DNA of 64,000 bases, from positions 156,760 through 220,759 of the forward strand of contig QWHH01000001.1 of assembly GCA_021404785.1 (NCBI GenBank). The letters are read 5' to 3'. The notes under the pieces were generated by a model. That model did no database searches. It worked only from the letters and a program-made list of their open reading frames with translations, and was not told the origin of the DNA. Made by a program: the position numbers and the translations under genes. Shown piece by piece: positions 46,789-57,168 of the stretch; within the stretch, counting starts at the first letter, position 1, and every line of letters starts with the position of its first letter. The stretch comes from Lysobacterales bacterium PRO7. Its GTDB lineage: Bacteria > Pseudomonadota > Gammaproteobacteria > Xanthomonadales > Rhodanobacteraceae.

Positions 46789-49395
46789 ATGACTCTGATC
46801 TCGTATCTGTTGCCCGTCTTTTCCGGCCTGACCGGTTCGATGGCCTTCGGCCTCGCCGGCTGGCTGGGCGTGGAAACCATTCGCCTGAACCGCTCGCGCC
46901 GGGGGCAGGCGCCGGCGACGCTCGCCGACCTCGTGAAGTGGGCTGCGATTGTTTCGCCCGGCGTGGTGCTGAACAAGAACGGCAGTTTTCAGACCACATT
47001 CGCCTATCGCGGCCCGGACCTCGACAGTTCCACCGAGTCGGAACTCGTCGCCACCTGCGCGCGGCTGAACAATATCGTGCGGCGGCTCGGCGCTGGCTGG
47101 GCACTGTACGTGGATGCTGTGCGCCGCGAGACGACCGCGTACCCGCACTCGCATTTTCCCGATCCAATCAGTGCATTCATCGACGAGGAGCGCCGTGCGG
47201 CGTTCGAGAGCGGAGAGCACTTCGAGAGTGCGTACTACTGCACGTTAATCTGGCTGCCGCCGCCGCTGATCGAAGCGGCAACGGAGGCGCTGTTTTTCGA
47301 CGACGATACGGAGCCGGATGGACACTCGCGTCGCGAGGCCGGCGTCAGGCGCGCCGATCGTGCCGCGGCCGAATTCCTCGCCGCGTTCATCGGCGAGCGC
47401 AACCGCCTGATCGCGCAGTTCGCCGGCATCTTTCCGAGTGTCGTGCCGCTGGACGATGCACAGACGCTTTCCTATTTGCACTCGACGATCTCGACCAAAG
47501 TCCACCCGGTCGCGGTTCCCGACGTGCCCGATTGTCTGGATGCGCTGCTGATCGACGAACCGCTAACAGGTGGCGGCAAGCCCAAGCTCGGGAAGAATTA
47601 CATCGGCGTCCTGTCGATCAAGTCGTTTCCGAACGAAAGCTACCCCGGCATCCTCGACGCACTCAATCGCCTGGGCTTCGTCTATCGCTGGGTCACGCGC
47701 TTTGTGTGCCTGGATAAACCCGAGGCGGAACGCCAGATCGACGCGTTCAAGCGCAAATGGTTCGCCAAGCGCAAGAACCTCTCCACTCTGATCAAGGAAG
47801 TCCTCGCCAACCAGCAAAGCGCCTTGGAAGACTCCGACGCCATCAATCGGGCCCAGGATGCCGATGCGGCGCGGCAGGAACTGTCCGCCGATGCGGTGCG
47901 CTATGGCTATTTCACGCAAGTCCTCGTCGTGTTCGATCCCGACTATGAAGTGCTGGAGAAAAAGCTCCTGCTGCTCGAACGCGAAATCAATGGCCGTGGC
48001 TTTGTAGTGGCCAACGAACTCACGAACCTCAATGCACTGGATGCCTGGTTTGGCAGCGTTCCCGGCAACTGCAACCACAATGTCCGCCGTCCGCTGGTCA
48101 ATACGCTCAACCTCACCCACATGATGCCGGTGTCGGCGGTGTGGGCGGGACCGCGCACCTGTCCGAACGATCTGATGCCGGTTCATTCGCCGCCACTGCT
48201 GACTGCGGTCACCGGCGGCACGACCCCGTTCCGGTTCACGAACTTCGTCGGCGACGTCGGCCATACCCTGGTGCTCGGCCCCACCGGCTCCGGCAAGAGT
48301 GTCCTGCTCAATCTCATGGAAGTGCAATTCCTGCGCTATCCGAACGCACAGGTCTATATCTTCGACAAGGGCGGCAGCTCGCGCATTACCACCCACGGCA
48401 TCGGCGGCACGTTCTACGACCTGGGTGCTGAACATGGCCTCGCCTTCCAGCCTCTCGCTGACATTCATTTGGGAACAGAGCGCACTTGGGCGAGCGAGTG
48501 GCTGCTCGACATGCTCGCCGCCGAGAACGTCGCGGTCACGACGGCAACCAAGAAAGCGTTATGGGAAGGACTGTGTACGCTGGCCGAAAGCCCACGACCG
48601 CAGCGCACGCTCACGGGCTTGTCGATCCTGGTGCAGGACAACGAGATCAAGCGCGCCCTGCACCCGTACACCATCCAGGGCGCGCATGGCGCACTGCTCG
48701 ATTCCAAATCGGATTCCTTGAGTCTCGGACATTGGATCGCGTTCGAGATGGAAGAACTGATGAGCACCAAGGGCGTGGTCATGCCCGTGCTCGCCTACTT
48801 GTTCCATCGGCTGGAACAGCGCTTCGCCGCCAGCGCACCAACCTTGCTGGTGCTGGACGAGGCGTGGCTGTTTCTCGATCACCCCGCGTTCGCCGCGAAG
48901 ATCCGCGAATGGTTGAAGGTGCTGCGCAAGAAGAACGTATCCGTGGTGTTCGCCACGCAATCGCTCGCGGACGTGGATGCTTCGCCGATCGTCGCGACGA
49001 TCAAGGAAGCTTGCCTGACCAAGATTTATCTGCCGAACGCGAATGCGCTGAATGACGACATCGCGGCGATCTACGCCAAGTTCGGCCTGAACGACCGTCA
49101 GCTTCGCATTCTGCAACACGCACGGCCGCGCCGCGACTATTACCTGACCTCCCCGGATGGCAATCGCCTGTTCGACTTGGGGTTAGGGCCGCTCGCGCTC
49201 GCCTACTGCGGTGCGACCAGCGCCGAGTTGCAGGCAATTGCGAAGACGATCCAGCGCGAGCATCCGCACGACTTCAACGCACGCTATCTGGCCGCACGCG
49301 CGAATGAATCGGCGCCCGACCGGCGCCTGATCGTCGAATGGGCGATCGCGGCGCTGCGCGAACGCCAGATTGCCGAACCCTCACACGTCCACTAG
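46789..49395 (+). CDS. trbE: Conjugative ATPase TrbE/VirB4
   Basis: VGHTLVLGPTGSGKS, VLDEAW, IREWLKVLRKKN. Confidence 0.96.
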   Translation: MTLISYLLPVFSGLTGSMAFGLAGWLGVETIRLNRSRRGQAPATLADLVKWAAIVSPGVVLNKNGSFQTTFAYRGPDLDSSTESELVATCARLNNIVRRLGAGWALYVDAVRRETTAYPHSHFPDPISAFIDEERRAAFESGEHFESAYYCTLIWLPPPLIEAATEALFFDDDTEPDGHSRREAGVRRADRAAAEFLAAFIGERNRLIAQFAGIFPSVVPLDDAQTLSYLHSTISTKVHPVAVPDVPDCLDALLIDEPLTGGGKPKLGKNYIGVLSIKSFPNESYPGILDALNRLGFVYRWVTRFVCLDKPEAERQIDAFKRKWFAKRKNLSTLIKEVLANQQSALEDSDAINRAQDADAARQELSADAVRYGYFTQVLVVFDPDYEVLEKKLLLLEREINGRGFVVANELTNLNALDAWFGSVPGNCNHNVRRPLVNTLNLTHMMPVSAVWAGPRTCPNDLMPVHSPPLLTAVTGGTTPFRFTNFVGDVGHTLVLGPTGSGKSVLLNLMEVQFLRYPNAQVYIFDKGGSSRITTHGIGGTFYDLGAEHGLAFQPLADIHLGTERTWASEWLLDMLAAENVAVTTATKKALWEGLCTLAESPRPQRTLTGLSILVQDNEIKRALHPYTIQGAHGALLDSKSDSLSLGHWIAFEMEELMSTKGVVMPVLAYLFHRLEQRFAASAPTLLVLDEAWLFLDHPAFAAKIREWLKVLRKKNVSVVFATQSLADVDASPIVATIKEACLTKIYLPNANALNDDIAAIYAKFGLNDRQLRILQHARPRRDYYLTSPDGNRLFDLGLGPLALAYCGATSAELQAIAKTIQREHPHDFNARYLAARANESAPDRRLIVEWAIAALRERQIAEPSHVH

Positions 49396-49404
49396 GAGAG
49401 TCCC

Positions 49405-50148
49405 ATGCTTGCACGCCACCGCGTGACTGCGGCCATCGTTGCCGCGCTGATTCTTGTTAGCCCAATCCACGAGGCGCACGCGCAGTTTGCCGTGATCGAC
49501 GTGGCGAACCTCATGCAGAACTACCTGAACGGCGCCCAGGAAATCCTGACCGCGGCGCGCACGTTGCAATCGAACATCAATGAAGCGCAGATGATCGCCA
49601 ATCAGCTGCAGAACCTCAAAAACCTGCCGCAGCAGATCATCGACTCCTATGTATCGCGCTTCCAGCACATCCTGTCCGACATCCAGAACCTGACCCAGCT
49701 CGTCGGCAATTACGACACGCTCTCGCAAACCTTTGCCGCGCGCTACCCGAACCTGCGCAACGGCACCGTCGAACCCTCGCAAATCTTCGCGTTGCAGGCG
49801 CAGTGGGGCGACCAGCAGCGCCAGAACCTGCTGCAAGCCATGCAGCAAGGCGCCGGGGTACTGAAGGATTTGCAGGCCGCGGTCGGCGATACCCAGTTCA
49901 TGGCTTCGAGCAGTCAAGGCGCGGCTGGCGCATTACAGGCGATTCAGGCCGGCAACCAGCTCACGCTGCGCGTCAACGACGACCTGCAGCGCCTCAACGC
50001 GCAGGTCGCGACCTTCAACGGCGTGGTGCTGGAAAAGATGGCCCGAGAACAGGCCGAAGACGATGCGGCCGAAGCCATGCGCAAGCAGTTGCACGCTCAC
50101 GACGCCGATCCTTATCAGCCTGCGCCCGCGCGCGATCCGCGCTACTGA
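49405..50148 (+). CDS. trbJ: TrbJ/VirB5
   Basis: Signal peptide AHAQFAVIDVANL, SQGAAGALQAIQAGNQL. Confidence 0.9.
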   Translation: MLARHRVTAAIVAALILVSPIHEAHAQFAVIDVANLMQNYLNGAQEILTAARTLQSNINEAQMIANQLQNLKNLPQQIIDSYVSRFQHILSDIQNLTQLVGNYDTLSQTFAARYPNLRNGTVEPSQIFALQAQWGDQQRQNLLQAMQQGAGVLKDLQAAVGDTQFMASSSQGAAGALQAIQAGNQLTLRVNDDLQRLNAQVATFNGVVLEKMAREQAEDDAAEAMRKQLHAHDADPYQPAPARDPRY

Positions 50149-50181
50149 GCCATCCGTCTACAACACGCTTCGAGTCTATCC

Positions 50182-51765
50182 ATGACCCCCGATACCGGCA
50201 TTCTCACGCATCTGTTGAGCGCTTTTCTCACCGTGTTCGACGGCGGTTGGGGTGCACTGCGCCCATCCGCCATGTCCTTGTTCGGCATCCTCGTCGGCAT
50301 CGAGCTGACCCTGTCCGGCCTGTGGTGGGCCATGAGCGGGGAGGATGCGGTCAAGGGCCTGATCCAGAAGATCTTGCTGATCGGCATTTTCTTCTTCTTC
50401 ATCCAGCAGTGGCAGATGCTGGCGACGACGACAATGCAGTCCTTTGCTCGTGCGGGCGCCACGGCTGGCAATGCCTCCGCCGCGCCGGGCAGCATCGACC
50501 TGTCCGATCCATCGGCGATCGTGGAAATGGGCTTTGCGGCCATTCAACCATTGAGCAACAAGGTCGATGCGCTGACCTCCGGTTCCTGGTCCACGCTGAA
50601 GAACCTGGGGCTGCTCATGCAGATCGGCCTAGCCATGATCGGGATTCTGTTCTCGTTCTTTCTGCTCGGCATCCAGTGTTTTCTCGTCTACATCGAGTTC
50701 TACATCGTCGCGATCCTGTCGCTCATCCTGTTGCCGTTCGGCGTATTCCGGCACACCGCCTTCATGGCCGAGAAGGCGTTCGGCGCGGTGATCGCGCACG
50801 GCATCAAGCTCATGGTGTTGGCGTTCATCATCGCGATCGCGCAACCGGTGTTGCAGCAGATCACGGTGCCGGTGGATTTTTCCATGCGCGATGCGTGGTG
50901 CACCTTGCTTGCCGCGATGACGATTTGTTTTCTGTCGTGGCATGCGCCGGGCATAGCGGCGGGCCTGCTCGCCGGGTCGCCGACGCTTAGTGCCGGACAT
51001 GCGGCCAGTACCGCATTTAACACGGGCAGGGCCGTCGCGTTCGGTAGTGCCGGCGTTGCCTCGCTTGGTCGTTCGGCGGCGAGCGGGGCCGGCGCAACCG
51101 TGCAAGCCGCCTCGGCGCTCAAAACCGGAGCCGGTGTCGGCGCAGCAAATGCTGCGCAGGCCGGCGCCGGACCGATAGGCCAGGCGATGGGCGCCGCTGG
51201 CGGTGCCGCGAAGGCGGTGAACCCATTCGCCAATGTGGCCGCACGCATGCGCAAGCGCGTTGCCGAAGGTGAAGTTCAAGGCTTTGCCGCGCATGACATC
51301 GGGACGCAGGACGCTGAGTCCGCGCCATCAAACTCCCGTTCCCCCGCAGCGGACGGCGGCGCCGTCCCCTCCCGGCCATCCCCCACGCCGTCCGCTGCGT
51401 CTTCTTCCGCTTCGCCATCGGCCAGCGCAGATAACGCGCCGCGCGCCAGTGGAACGAAATTGGCGGCCGCCGCAGCGGTGACAACACATCGTCCTGTCAG
51501 CAATACGCCGATGGATGGCAAACCCGGTACACCGCCTGCAGCGGCGCAGGCGCTTGATGCCGCGCGGATCGCGCCGGGCCAGCGCCGGCTCGACGATGCG
51601 CGGGATGCCGGTTCAAACGAGAGCATTCATCTAGCTACCACGCGCGACGCTGCGACCGATCCGGTCATGCGAGCGGCCAAGGCCGCTCGACCGGATGAAA
51701 CGCCGCCATCCGGCGAACCGCAATTGAAGGTGGCCGAGCCGCCTTCGCCAAAATCGGAGGATTGA
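50182..51765 (+). CDS. trbL: TrbL/VirB6 with long Ala/Pro/Ser-rich C-terminus
   Basis: IEFYIVAILSLILLPFGV, PGIAAGLLAGSPTL. Confidence 0.92.
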   Translation: MTPDTGILTHLLSAFLTVFDGGWGALRPSAMSLFGILVGIELTLSGLWWAMSGEDAVKGLIQKILLIGIFFFFIQQWQMLATTTMQSFARAGATAGNASAAPGSIDLSDPSAIVEMGFAAIQPLSNKVDALTSGSWSTLKNLGLLMQIGLAMIGILFSFFLLGIQCFLVYIEFYIVAILSLILLPFGVFRHTAFMAEKAFGAVIAHGIKLMVLAFIIAIAQPVLQQITVPVDFSMRDAWCTLLAAMTICFLSWHAPGIAAGLLAGSPTLSAGHAASTAFNTGRAVAFGSAGVASLGRSAASGAGATVQAASALKTGAGVGAANAAQAGAGPIGQAMGAAGGAAKAVNPFANVAARMRKRVAEGEVQGFAAHDIGTQDAESAPSNSRSPAADGGAVPSRPSPTPSAASSSASPSASADNAPRASGTKLAAAAAVTTHRPVSNTPMDGKPGTPPAAAQALDAARIAPGQRRLDDARDAGSNESIHLATTRDAATDPVMRAAKAARPDETPPSGEPQLKVAEPPSPKSED

Positions 51766-51768
51766 AGG

Positions 51769-52488
51769 ATGTCGCTTGCCGATGAACTGTTGCACGAGAC
51801 CATGGGCCGCAAGCCTGATGTCGCGCCGGTCACGCCTTACAGCGCCGCGCAGCGCCAATGGGACGATCGCTTGGGTACTGCGGCGACGCATGCGGCGCAC
51901 TGGCGGCTGGGATTCTTCGCATTGTTGTTTGCCGTGTTGTCCCTTGCCGGCGGCATCGTCTATGCGATGACGCGCTCGCTCGTGGAACCGGTCGTGATCA
52001 CGGTCGACAAGTCGAGTGGAGAAACGCGCGTACTCGGCAAAGCCTCGGCACAAGCCTATGTGCCGCAGCAGGCCGAGGTCGCGTATTTCCTCGGGCACCT
52101 GGTGCGCCTGGTGCGCACGGTTCCGCTCGATGCGGTGCTCGTGCGTAAACAGTGGGACGAGGCTTATCGTTTCCTGCGCCAATCGGCGGCGATCAAGCTT
52201 AATGCCTGGGCGCGCGCGCCGGACAGTCCCTTGACCCGCGTCGGCCAGGAAACCGTCACGCTGCAACTGCAAAGCGTGTTGCCGATCGCCGCCGATACCT
52301 ACGAGTTGCGCTGGTCGCAATCGACCTATGGACGCGACGGCGCTCCGAAGGAGTCGGCGACCTGGACCGCGACCTTCACCGTCGAGTTTCAGACGCCGGC
52401 GACGGAAGAGGCCATCGCCGTCAATCCGCTTGGCATCTACGTAACCGATTTTGCCTGGCACCGGGATCTCGCACCCGCGTCCCACTGA
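51769..52488 (+). CDS. trbF: TrbF/VirB8
   Basis: AQRQWDDRLG, NPLGIYVTDFAW. Confidence 0.92.
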   Translation: MSLADELLHETMGRKPDVAPVTPYSAAQRQWDDRLGTAATHAAHWRLGFFALLFAVLSLAGGIVYAMTRSLVEPVVITVDKSSGETRVLGKASAQAYVPQQAEVAYFLGHLVRLVRTVPLDAVLVRKQWDEAYRFLRQSAAIKLNAWARAPDSPLTRVGQETVTLQLQSVLPIAADTYELRWSQSTYGRDGAPKESATWTATFTVEFQTPATEEAIAVNPLGIYVTDFAWHRDLAPASH

Positions 52489-52529
52489 TCCGACTTCCGT
52501 TTCATTCCCGCACTTATATAAGGAGTGTT

Positions 52530-53582
52530 ATGCGCATTGTTTTCTCTGTTCTGCTGTCATTGAGTCTCGTCGCTGCAGCCCACGCGGCAGATAACGGGCC
52601 AATCGTGCCCTCGATCCGCGAGGTGCTGCCGACCTTGCCGACCGTGACGGTCAATCCCGCACCGCCGATTTCCCTTGCGGCACCCGCGCCACAGGCAAAA
52701 GATGCGCCGCCGCCGTGGTCGGTATCTTGGCTGCCGGCGGATCTGGCGCCTGTTTCGCATGCGAAATCCCCCCGCGAGATCGCCGCCGACCGGGCATACG
52801 AGGAGTGGCAGGATGTTTTCGATACGAAGCAGCGCGCGCGCGTAGCCGAGTATGTCGGCCGGGCGACCGTGCATCCGACGAATGCGCGCAGCGCGGGCAG
52901 CGCGACCGTCTACGGTTATCGCGACGGAGCAATCTATCTCGTTTACGCAGGACTCGACCGGCTGACCGACATCGAACTGGAACCCGGCGAAACCCTCACC
53001 GCCGATCCGGTCGCCGGCGATACCGAAGGCTGGATCAAGGCGCAGTTCACCAGCGGCAGCGGAGCGAGCACGCGCACGCATATCGTGATCAAGCCGCGCG
53101 ACGAGGGTATCGAGACGAACCTGATCGTGCCCACGACCAAACGCGTGTACGAACTCGATCTGCGCGCGAAACCGGACTGGTACATGCCCGCCGTGCGCTG
53201 GTTCTATCCGGATGAGGAGCTGGCGGTTGCTGCCCGGCAGCGCGCCGATGCACAGGCGACTGCGCAAAACACCCAAGCACTCGCCGTATCGCCGGAACAT
53301 TTGAACTTCCGCTACAAGATTCGCGGGCGTGATGTGCCGTGGAAGCCGTCCCAGGTTTTCGACGACGGCACGAAGGTGTATCTGGAAATGCCCTCTGGCA
53401 TGACGACTAGTGATGCACCAGCCCTGTTTGTGATGGAGGACGGCAAGCCACTGCTGGTCAATTACCGGATCAAGCAGCGCCTCTACATCGTCGACCGATT
53501 GTTTGCCGACGCCCAGCTTCGAGTCGGCGACCGGCAGGTCGAGATCGAACGCTGCACGGCGCACACCTGGTTCTGTCATTGA
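52530..53582 (+). CDS. trbG: TrbG/VirB9
   Basis: LTDIELEPGE, TNLIVPTTKRVY, WKPSQVFDDGTKVY. Confidence 0.93.
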   Translation: MRIVFSVLLSLSLVAAAHAADNGPIVPSIREVLPTLPTVTVNPAPPISLAAPAPQAKDAPPPWSVSWLPADLAPVSHAKSPREIAADRAYEEWQDVFDTKQRARVAEYVGRATVHPTNARSAGSATVYGYRDGAIYLVYAGLDRLTDIELEPGETLTADPVAGDTEGWIKAQFTSGSGASTRTHIVIKPRDEGIETNLIVPTTKRVYELDLRAKPDWYMPAVRWFYPDEELAVAARQRADAQATAQNTQALAVSPEHLNFRYKIRGRDVPWKPSQVFDDGTKVYLEMPSGMTTSDAPALFVMEDGKPLLVNYRIKQRLYIVDRLFADAQLRVGDRQVEIERCTAHTWFCH

Positions 53583-53591
53583 GGAGCCGTC

Positions 53592-54809
53592 ATGAGTACG
53601 AACGAGCACGGCTACGTGCCGCCCGAGAGCGCGCCACCCATCGACCTGCGCGCGCCCGATCCACGCGTCAAGCGCCTGAATCGCGCGGCGATCATGGTCG
53701 TCGTGGCCGGCTTTGCGATCTTGATCGCGTTTGCGCTGGCGGCTGCCTTGCGCCCGCCTGTGGCGAAACCGACGCAGGAGAAAGCCAACACCTCATCGGT
53801 GTTGCCCTCGGACGCCTTGAACGATTTGCCGGACGACTATGCTGCAGCGGCGCGCGAGCGCCGCGACGTCCCGAAACTCGGCGCGCCGATTGCGGGCGAG
53901 TTCGGGGTGGCGCAGCTCGACGTGCGCAACGAAGCGGCGGCACGCACGGGCGAAGCACAAGATCCAATCGCCAAGGCGCTGGTCGATATGGAGCTGGCGC
54001 GCATGAAGCGCCGCGCGGCGGCGCGCGATGCCAAGCCGCAGTTCGGCGACACCAGCATGGCGGCAACGGTCACAGCGTTAGGACGCACACCGACCAGTGT
54101 GCCCGTGATGCCGGGCGATTCCACAAAACCTTCCGCGCGCGATGCGGACAACCGGCAGGACGACAAAAAAGCGTTCGCGACGAAGCGCCGTGTGGCCGAT
54201 CCGTATCTCGACCAGGCCGTGTTGATACCGGCCGACACGGTGTATGTCGGCGCTGGCACAATAATTCCGGCGGTGCTGCTGACCGGTATCGACAGCGATC
54301 TTCCCGGCATGATCACGGCGCAAGTGGCCGAAACGGTTTACGACACCGTAAGCGGCGCACACGTGTTGATACCGCAAGGCTCGACTCTGATCGGCGAATA
54401 CGATAGCCGTGTTACCTACGGCCAGGCGCGTGTGCTGTTCGTGTGGACACGCATCCGTTTTCCGAATGGCAGCAGCGTCAGTCTCGAAGGCATGCCCGGC
54501 ACGGACCTGTCCGGTTACGCCGGTGCGCAGGATCGCGTGGACAACCACTGGTGGAAGCTCGCTCAGGGCGTCGTGCTCGGCTCCCTGCTCGGCGCTGCCG
54601 CACAGCAGTCCTACGGCGGCGGTATCAGCGCAAGCAACCCGTCGCTCGGACAACTTGCTGCGGCCGGCGCCGCGCAGAACATCAATAGTGCGGGGCAAGT
54701 CATCGTGCAGAAAGATTTGCAGGTGCAGCCCACCCTCGTCATCCGGCCCGGCCAGCGCGTGGCCGTATTCGTGACCCGTGATATCGAATTGCCGTCGTAC
54801 CGAGGCTGA
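53592..54809 (+). CDS. trbI: TrbI/VirB10
   Basis: AGTIIPAVLLTGIDSDLPG, QPTLVIRPG. Confidence 0.95.
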   Translation: MSTNEHGYVPPESAPPIDLRAPDPRVKRLNRAAIMVVVAGFAILIAFALAAALRPPVAKPTQEKANTSSVLPSDALNDLPDDYAAAARERRDVPKLGAPIAGEFGVAQLDVRNEAAARTGEAQDPIAKALVDMELARMKRRAAARDAKPQFGDTSMAATVTALGRTPTSVPVMPGDSTKPSARDADNRQDDKKAFATKRRVADPYLDQAVLIPADTVYVGAGTIIPAVLLTGIDSDLPGMITAQVAETVYDTVSGAHVLIPQGSTLIGEYDSRVTYGQARVLFVWTRIRFPNGSSVSLEGMPGTDLSGYAGAQDRVDNHWWKLAQGVVLGSLLGAAAQQSYGGGISASNPSLGQLAAAGAAQNINSAGQVIVQKDLQVQPTLVIRPGQRVAVFVTRDIELPSYRG

Positions 54810-54813
54810 ACCC

Positions 54814-55098
54814 ATGTCCCGATCCCACACATTGCCGGCGATCCCGGTCAAACATGCCATTGCGCGCAAGGTCCTGAATCTGTCCGCACCGCTGGAGGCG
54901 AGGCTGCGCGCGTATATCGCCTACTACAGCGAGCAGCAGGGCTTGCAGCCGAAGCAGGTTCCATCCGAATCCGACACGATCATCGCGCTCATCGAAAATT
55001 TCCTGGCCCGCGATGTGGGATTCAACCGCTATCTGCGCAACAAGACGACAGCAACCAAGTCGGCGACGAAGAAGGAAGCCGGCGGCGTATCTGCATGA
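54814..55098 (+). CDS. DUF2274-like protein
   Basis: Position after trbI; LRAYIAYY...FLARDVGF pattern. Confidence 0.65.
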   Translation: MSRSHTLPAIPVKHAIARKVLNLSAPLEARLRAYIAYYSEQQGLQPKQVPSESDTIIALIENFLARDVGFNRYLRNKTTATKSATKKEAGGVSA

Positions 55099-55563
55099 GG
55101 GCGATTTGCGTACGCATCAAGACGTCAGCCGGGCAGGGCGTAATGCAACCCGCGCTGAATGCCGACCCTAGCAGATTGGCTAGGTACACAAGCGGCCAGT
55201 GCTCCGGAGAGAATTGGCGCATCGCAACGAACCGTCGATGGACTCGCATGCCCACCTATCGCCGCGCCACCCGTATTGCAGCACTCGAAACTCTGATCGC
55301 TCATTTTCCCAACCCGTCCCTGACGGCGCGGGGCATGGAGCACCGCTATGGTTGCGCGATCGTGCGCGAACTGCCGCGACAGTTGCGCCGGGTGCGCGAG
55401 GAACTCGCGCTGGAGCTGCGCCGACTCAAATCGACCAACAAGACCAAGCGTGCAATATGAGCATCACTTGCCTATTGCCGTCCATCGGGATACAAAGCGG
55501 ACTCGGGACGGCGCGGGAGAACCGCGCGCCACCCGGTTCATTCGATTTCCGGGAGACAGGGCC

Positions 55564-55794
55564 GTGGAACACCCCGCAACACGCAGCCGCAAGAAATTGC
55601 AGAAGGTGTACGCGCTCATGGGCCAGAAGACCCGCGCGCGCATCAAGCTCATCGCGGGATTCAAGGGCATGCAGTTTTTCGACCTACTCGACACGATCTG
55701 CACCGATTACATTCGCGGCTGGGAAAAGGCCAATAAGATCGATCTCGACAAGCTGCGAGACGTCGAAACCAAGCGCACCGCCAAGCGCCGCTGA
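55564..55794 (+). CDS. Small hypothetical protein, possible ribbon-helix-helix
   Basis: GTG start after gggag; KVYALMGQKTRARIKLIAGFKGMQFFDLLD. Confidence 0.55.
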   Translation: MEHPATRSRKKLQKVYALMGQKTRARIKLIAGFKGMQFFDLLDTICTDYIRGWEKANKIDLDKLRDVETKRTAKRR

Positions 55795-55801
55795 GTTCCG
55801 C

Positions 55802-56533
55802 TTATACCGGGCTGATCAGTCCGAGGCGCATCGCCTTGGCGATCGCGAGCGTACGGCCGCGTGCGTCGAGTTTGGTTGCGGCGTTAGCCAAGTGGAAGTT
55901 GACCGTGGCGACGCTGATCGAGAGCAATTGACCGATCTCCCAGCTCGACTTGCCCTTGGCCGCCCAGCTCAGGCAGTCGCGTTCGCGCCCGGTAAGCTTT
56001 GGAACCTCGGTTGTGGCGTTGCGTTCCGGAAGCAGGATCGACGGCGCCACGCTGTGCAGGTACGCCGCAAAAAGCTGCGTGTACGGTTCCACCCGGCGCT
56101 GCTCGATGGTCGACATCGGCTGATCGCGCGAGAAGGACACGATCGCATAATCGAATGCGCCGGTGCGATCGAAGATCGGCGCGGTCACGCCCGAACGGGC
56201 GCCGACATCCCACCGCTGGCCCATGACAGACCTTTCCATCCGGTCCATGCGCTTATCGAACGGCTGCGGGCGGTGCAGATCCCACGCCAGGGCGCGGCGT
56301 ACGCGGCCGACGGCATTGATCAGCGGATCGTAGCCGCGATGCCAGCGTTGCTGCTTGTAGCTATCAACCACGCCGGGCGGGTAGTTCGTCAGTGCGGTGT
56401 CTGGGCCGGCCAAGCCATAGATCCAAATCGAAAATCCGTATAGATCGCAGAAGCGCTCGGCAGCGGCGCGTAGATCATCGACGCTGCCACAGGCTATGAC
56501 CGCATTGAGCAAATCCAAGTCGAATCCCAACAT
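55802..56533 (-). CDS. luxR: LuxR-family regulator with autoinducer-binding domain (LuxR solo; no luxI in the window)
   Basis: NYP...Y...DP...W...G ligand domain; LTGRERDCLSWAAKGKSSWEIGQLLSISVATVNFHL HTH. Confidence 0.93.
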   Translation of the reverse strand: MLGFDLDLLNAVIACGSVDDLRAAAERFCDLYGFSIWIYGLAGPDTALTNYPPGVVDSYKQQRWHRGYDPLINAVGRVRRALAWDLHRPQPFDKRMDRMERSVMGQRWDVGARSGVTAPIFDRTGAFDYAIVSFSRDQPMSTIEQRRVEPYTQLFAAYLHSVAPSILLPERNATTEVPKLTGRERDCLSWAAKGKSSWEIGQLLSISVATVNFHLANAATKLDARGRTLAIAKAMRLGLISPV

Positions 56534-56558
56534 CGCTACGATCCCTCGAAATACCGCT

Positions 56559-57071
56559 ATGGCACAACCAACAACCTGTTCGCCCCTGGATACCGTACTT
56601 GGCCAGTCCCTCGCAGCGATAGCGCGGGCCGACTGCGAAAACAAATGCTCAGTCGATCACCTGACCGCCGTGCTGGCACGGATTGCGCGGTATTACCGAT
56701 CGTGTACCGGCGTTCTCGCGCAATGTGTCGTCGAACAGGGTGCGCCACAGGTCGAAATCGAAGGTCGCCCGATTCCGTGCGCGCGCTTGCTCGTTCAGTG
56801 TGCGCGTCGCGACTTCATTACCTCGCGTCCCTTAACCCTCATCTACGTGCCGACCTGGATCGATCGGATCACACTTCGAATCGATTATGGCGACGCGATT
56901 CGCGAAGCCGCTGACTTCATCCAATGGGCGCCCGCGCGCAACGCCTGGTGCGTTTCCGGCACCAGCGACGAGTTGCACGGCGACAGTCACGCGCACTTCC
57001 TGCGCCGCGCCTTGTACGAGGCGGGGCTGTTCCGTGCGCAGACGATGACGCTGGAACCTCTGCGCGGGTGA
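56559..57071 (+). CDS. Hypothetical protein divergent from luxR
   Basis: About 170-aa ORF, no recognised family; start uncertain. Confidence 0.55.
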   Translation: MAQPTTCSPLDTVLGQSLAAIARADCENKCSVDHLTAVLARIARYYRSCTGVLAQCVVEQGAPQVEIEGRPIPCARLLVQCARRDFITSRPLTLIYVPTWIDRITLRIDYGDAIREAADFIQWAPARNAWCVSGTSDELHGDSHAHFLRRALYEAGLFRAQTMTLEPLRG

Positions 57072-57099
57072 AGTCGGGCATCGAAAATTTGTCCTCGCA

Positions 57100-57115
57100 T
57101 AGACCAACTAGACCA
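57100..57115. promoter_or_regulatory. TAGAC-motif operator candidate upstream of alpA
   Basis: TAGACCAACTAGACCA; TAGACCAACTA also at 22386-22396 on the minus strand. Confidence 0.55.
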
Positions 57116-57168
57116 CAACGTACCGCGGCACCCGAATTATGGCCGCGGACTACAGGAGCCAACTGAGA

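Noticed and set aside
55095-55460. 121-aa ORF after the DUF2274-like gene
   Set aside because: No recognisable motif and uncertain start; insufficient support
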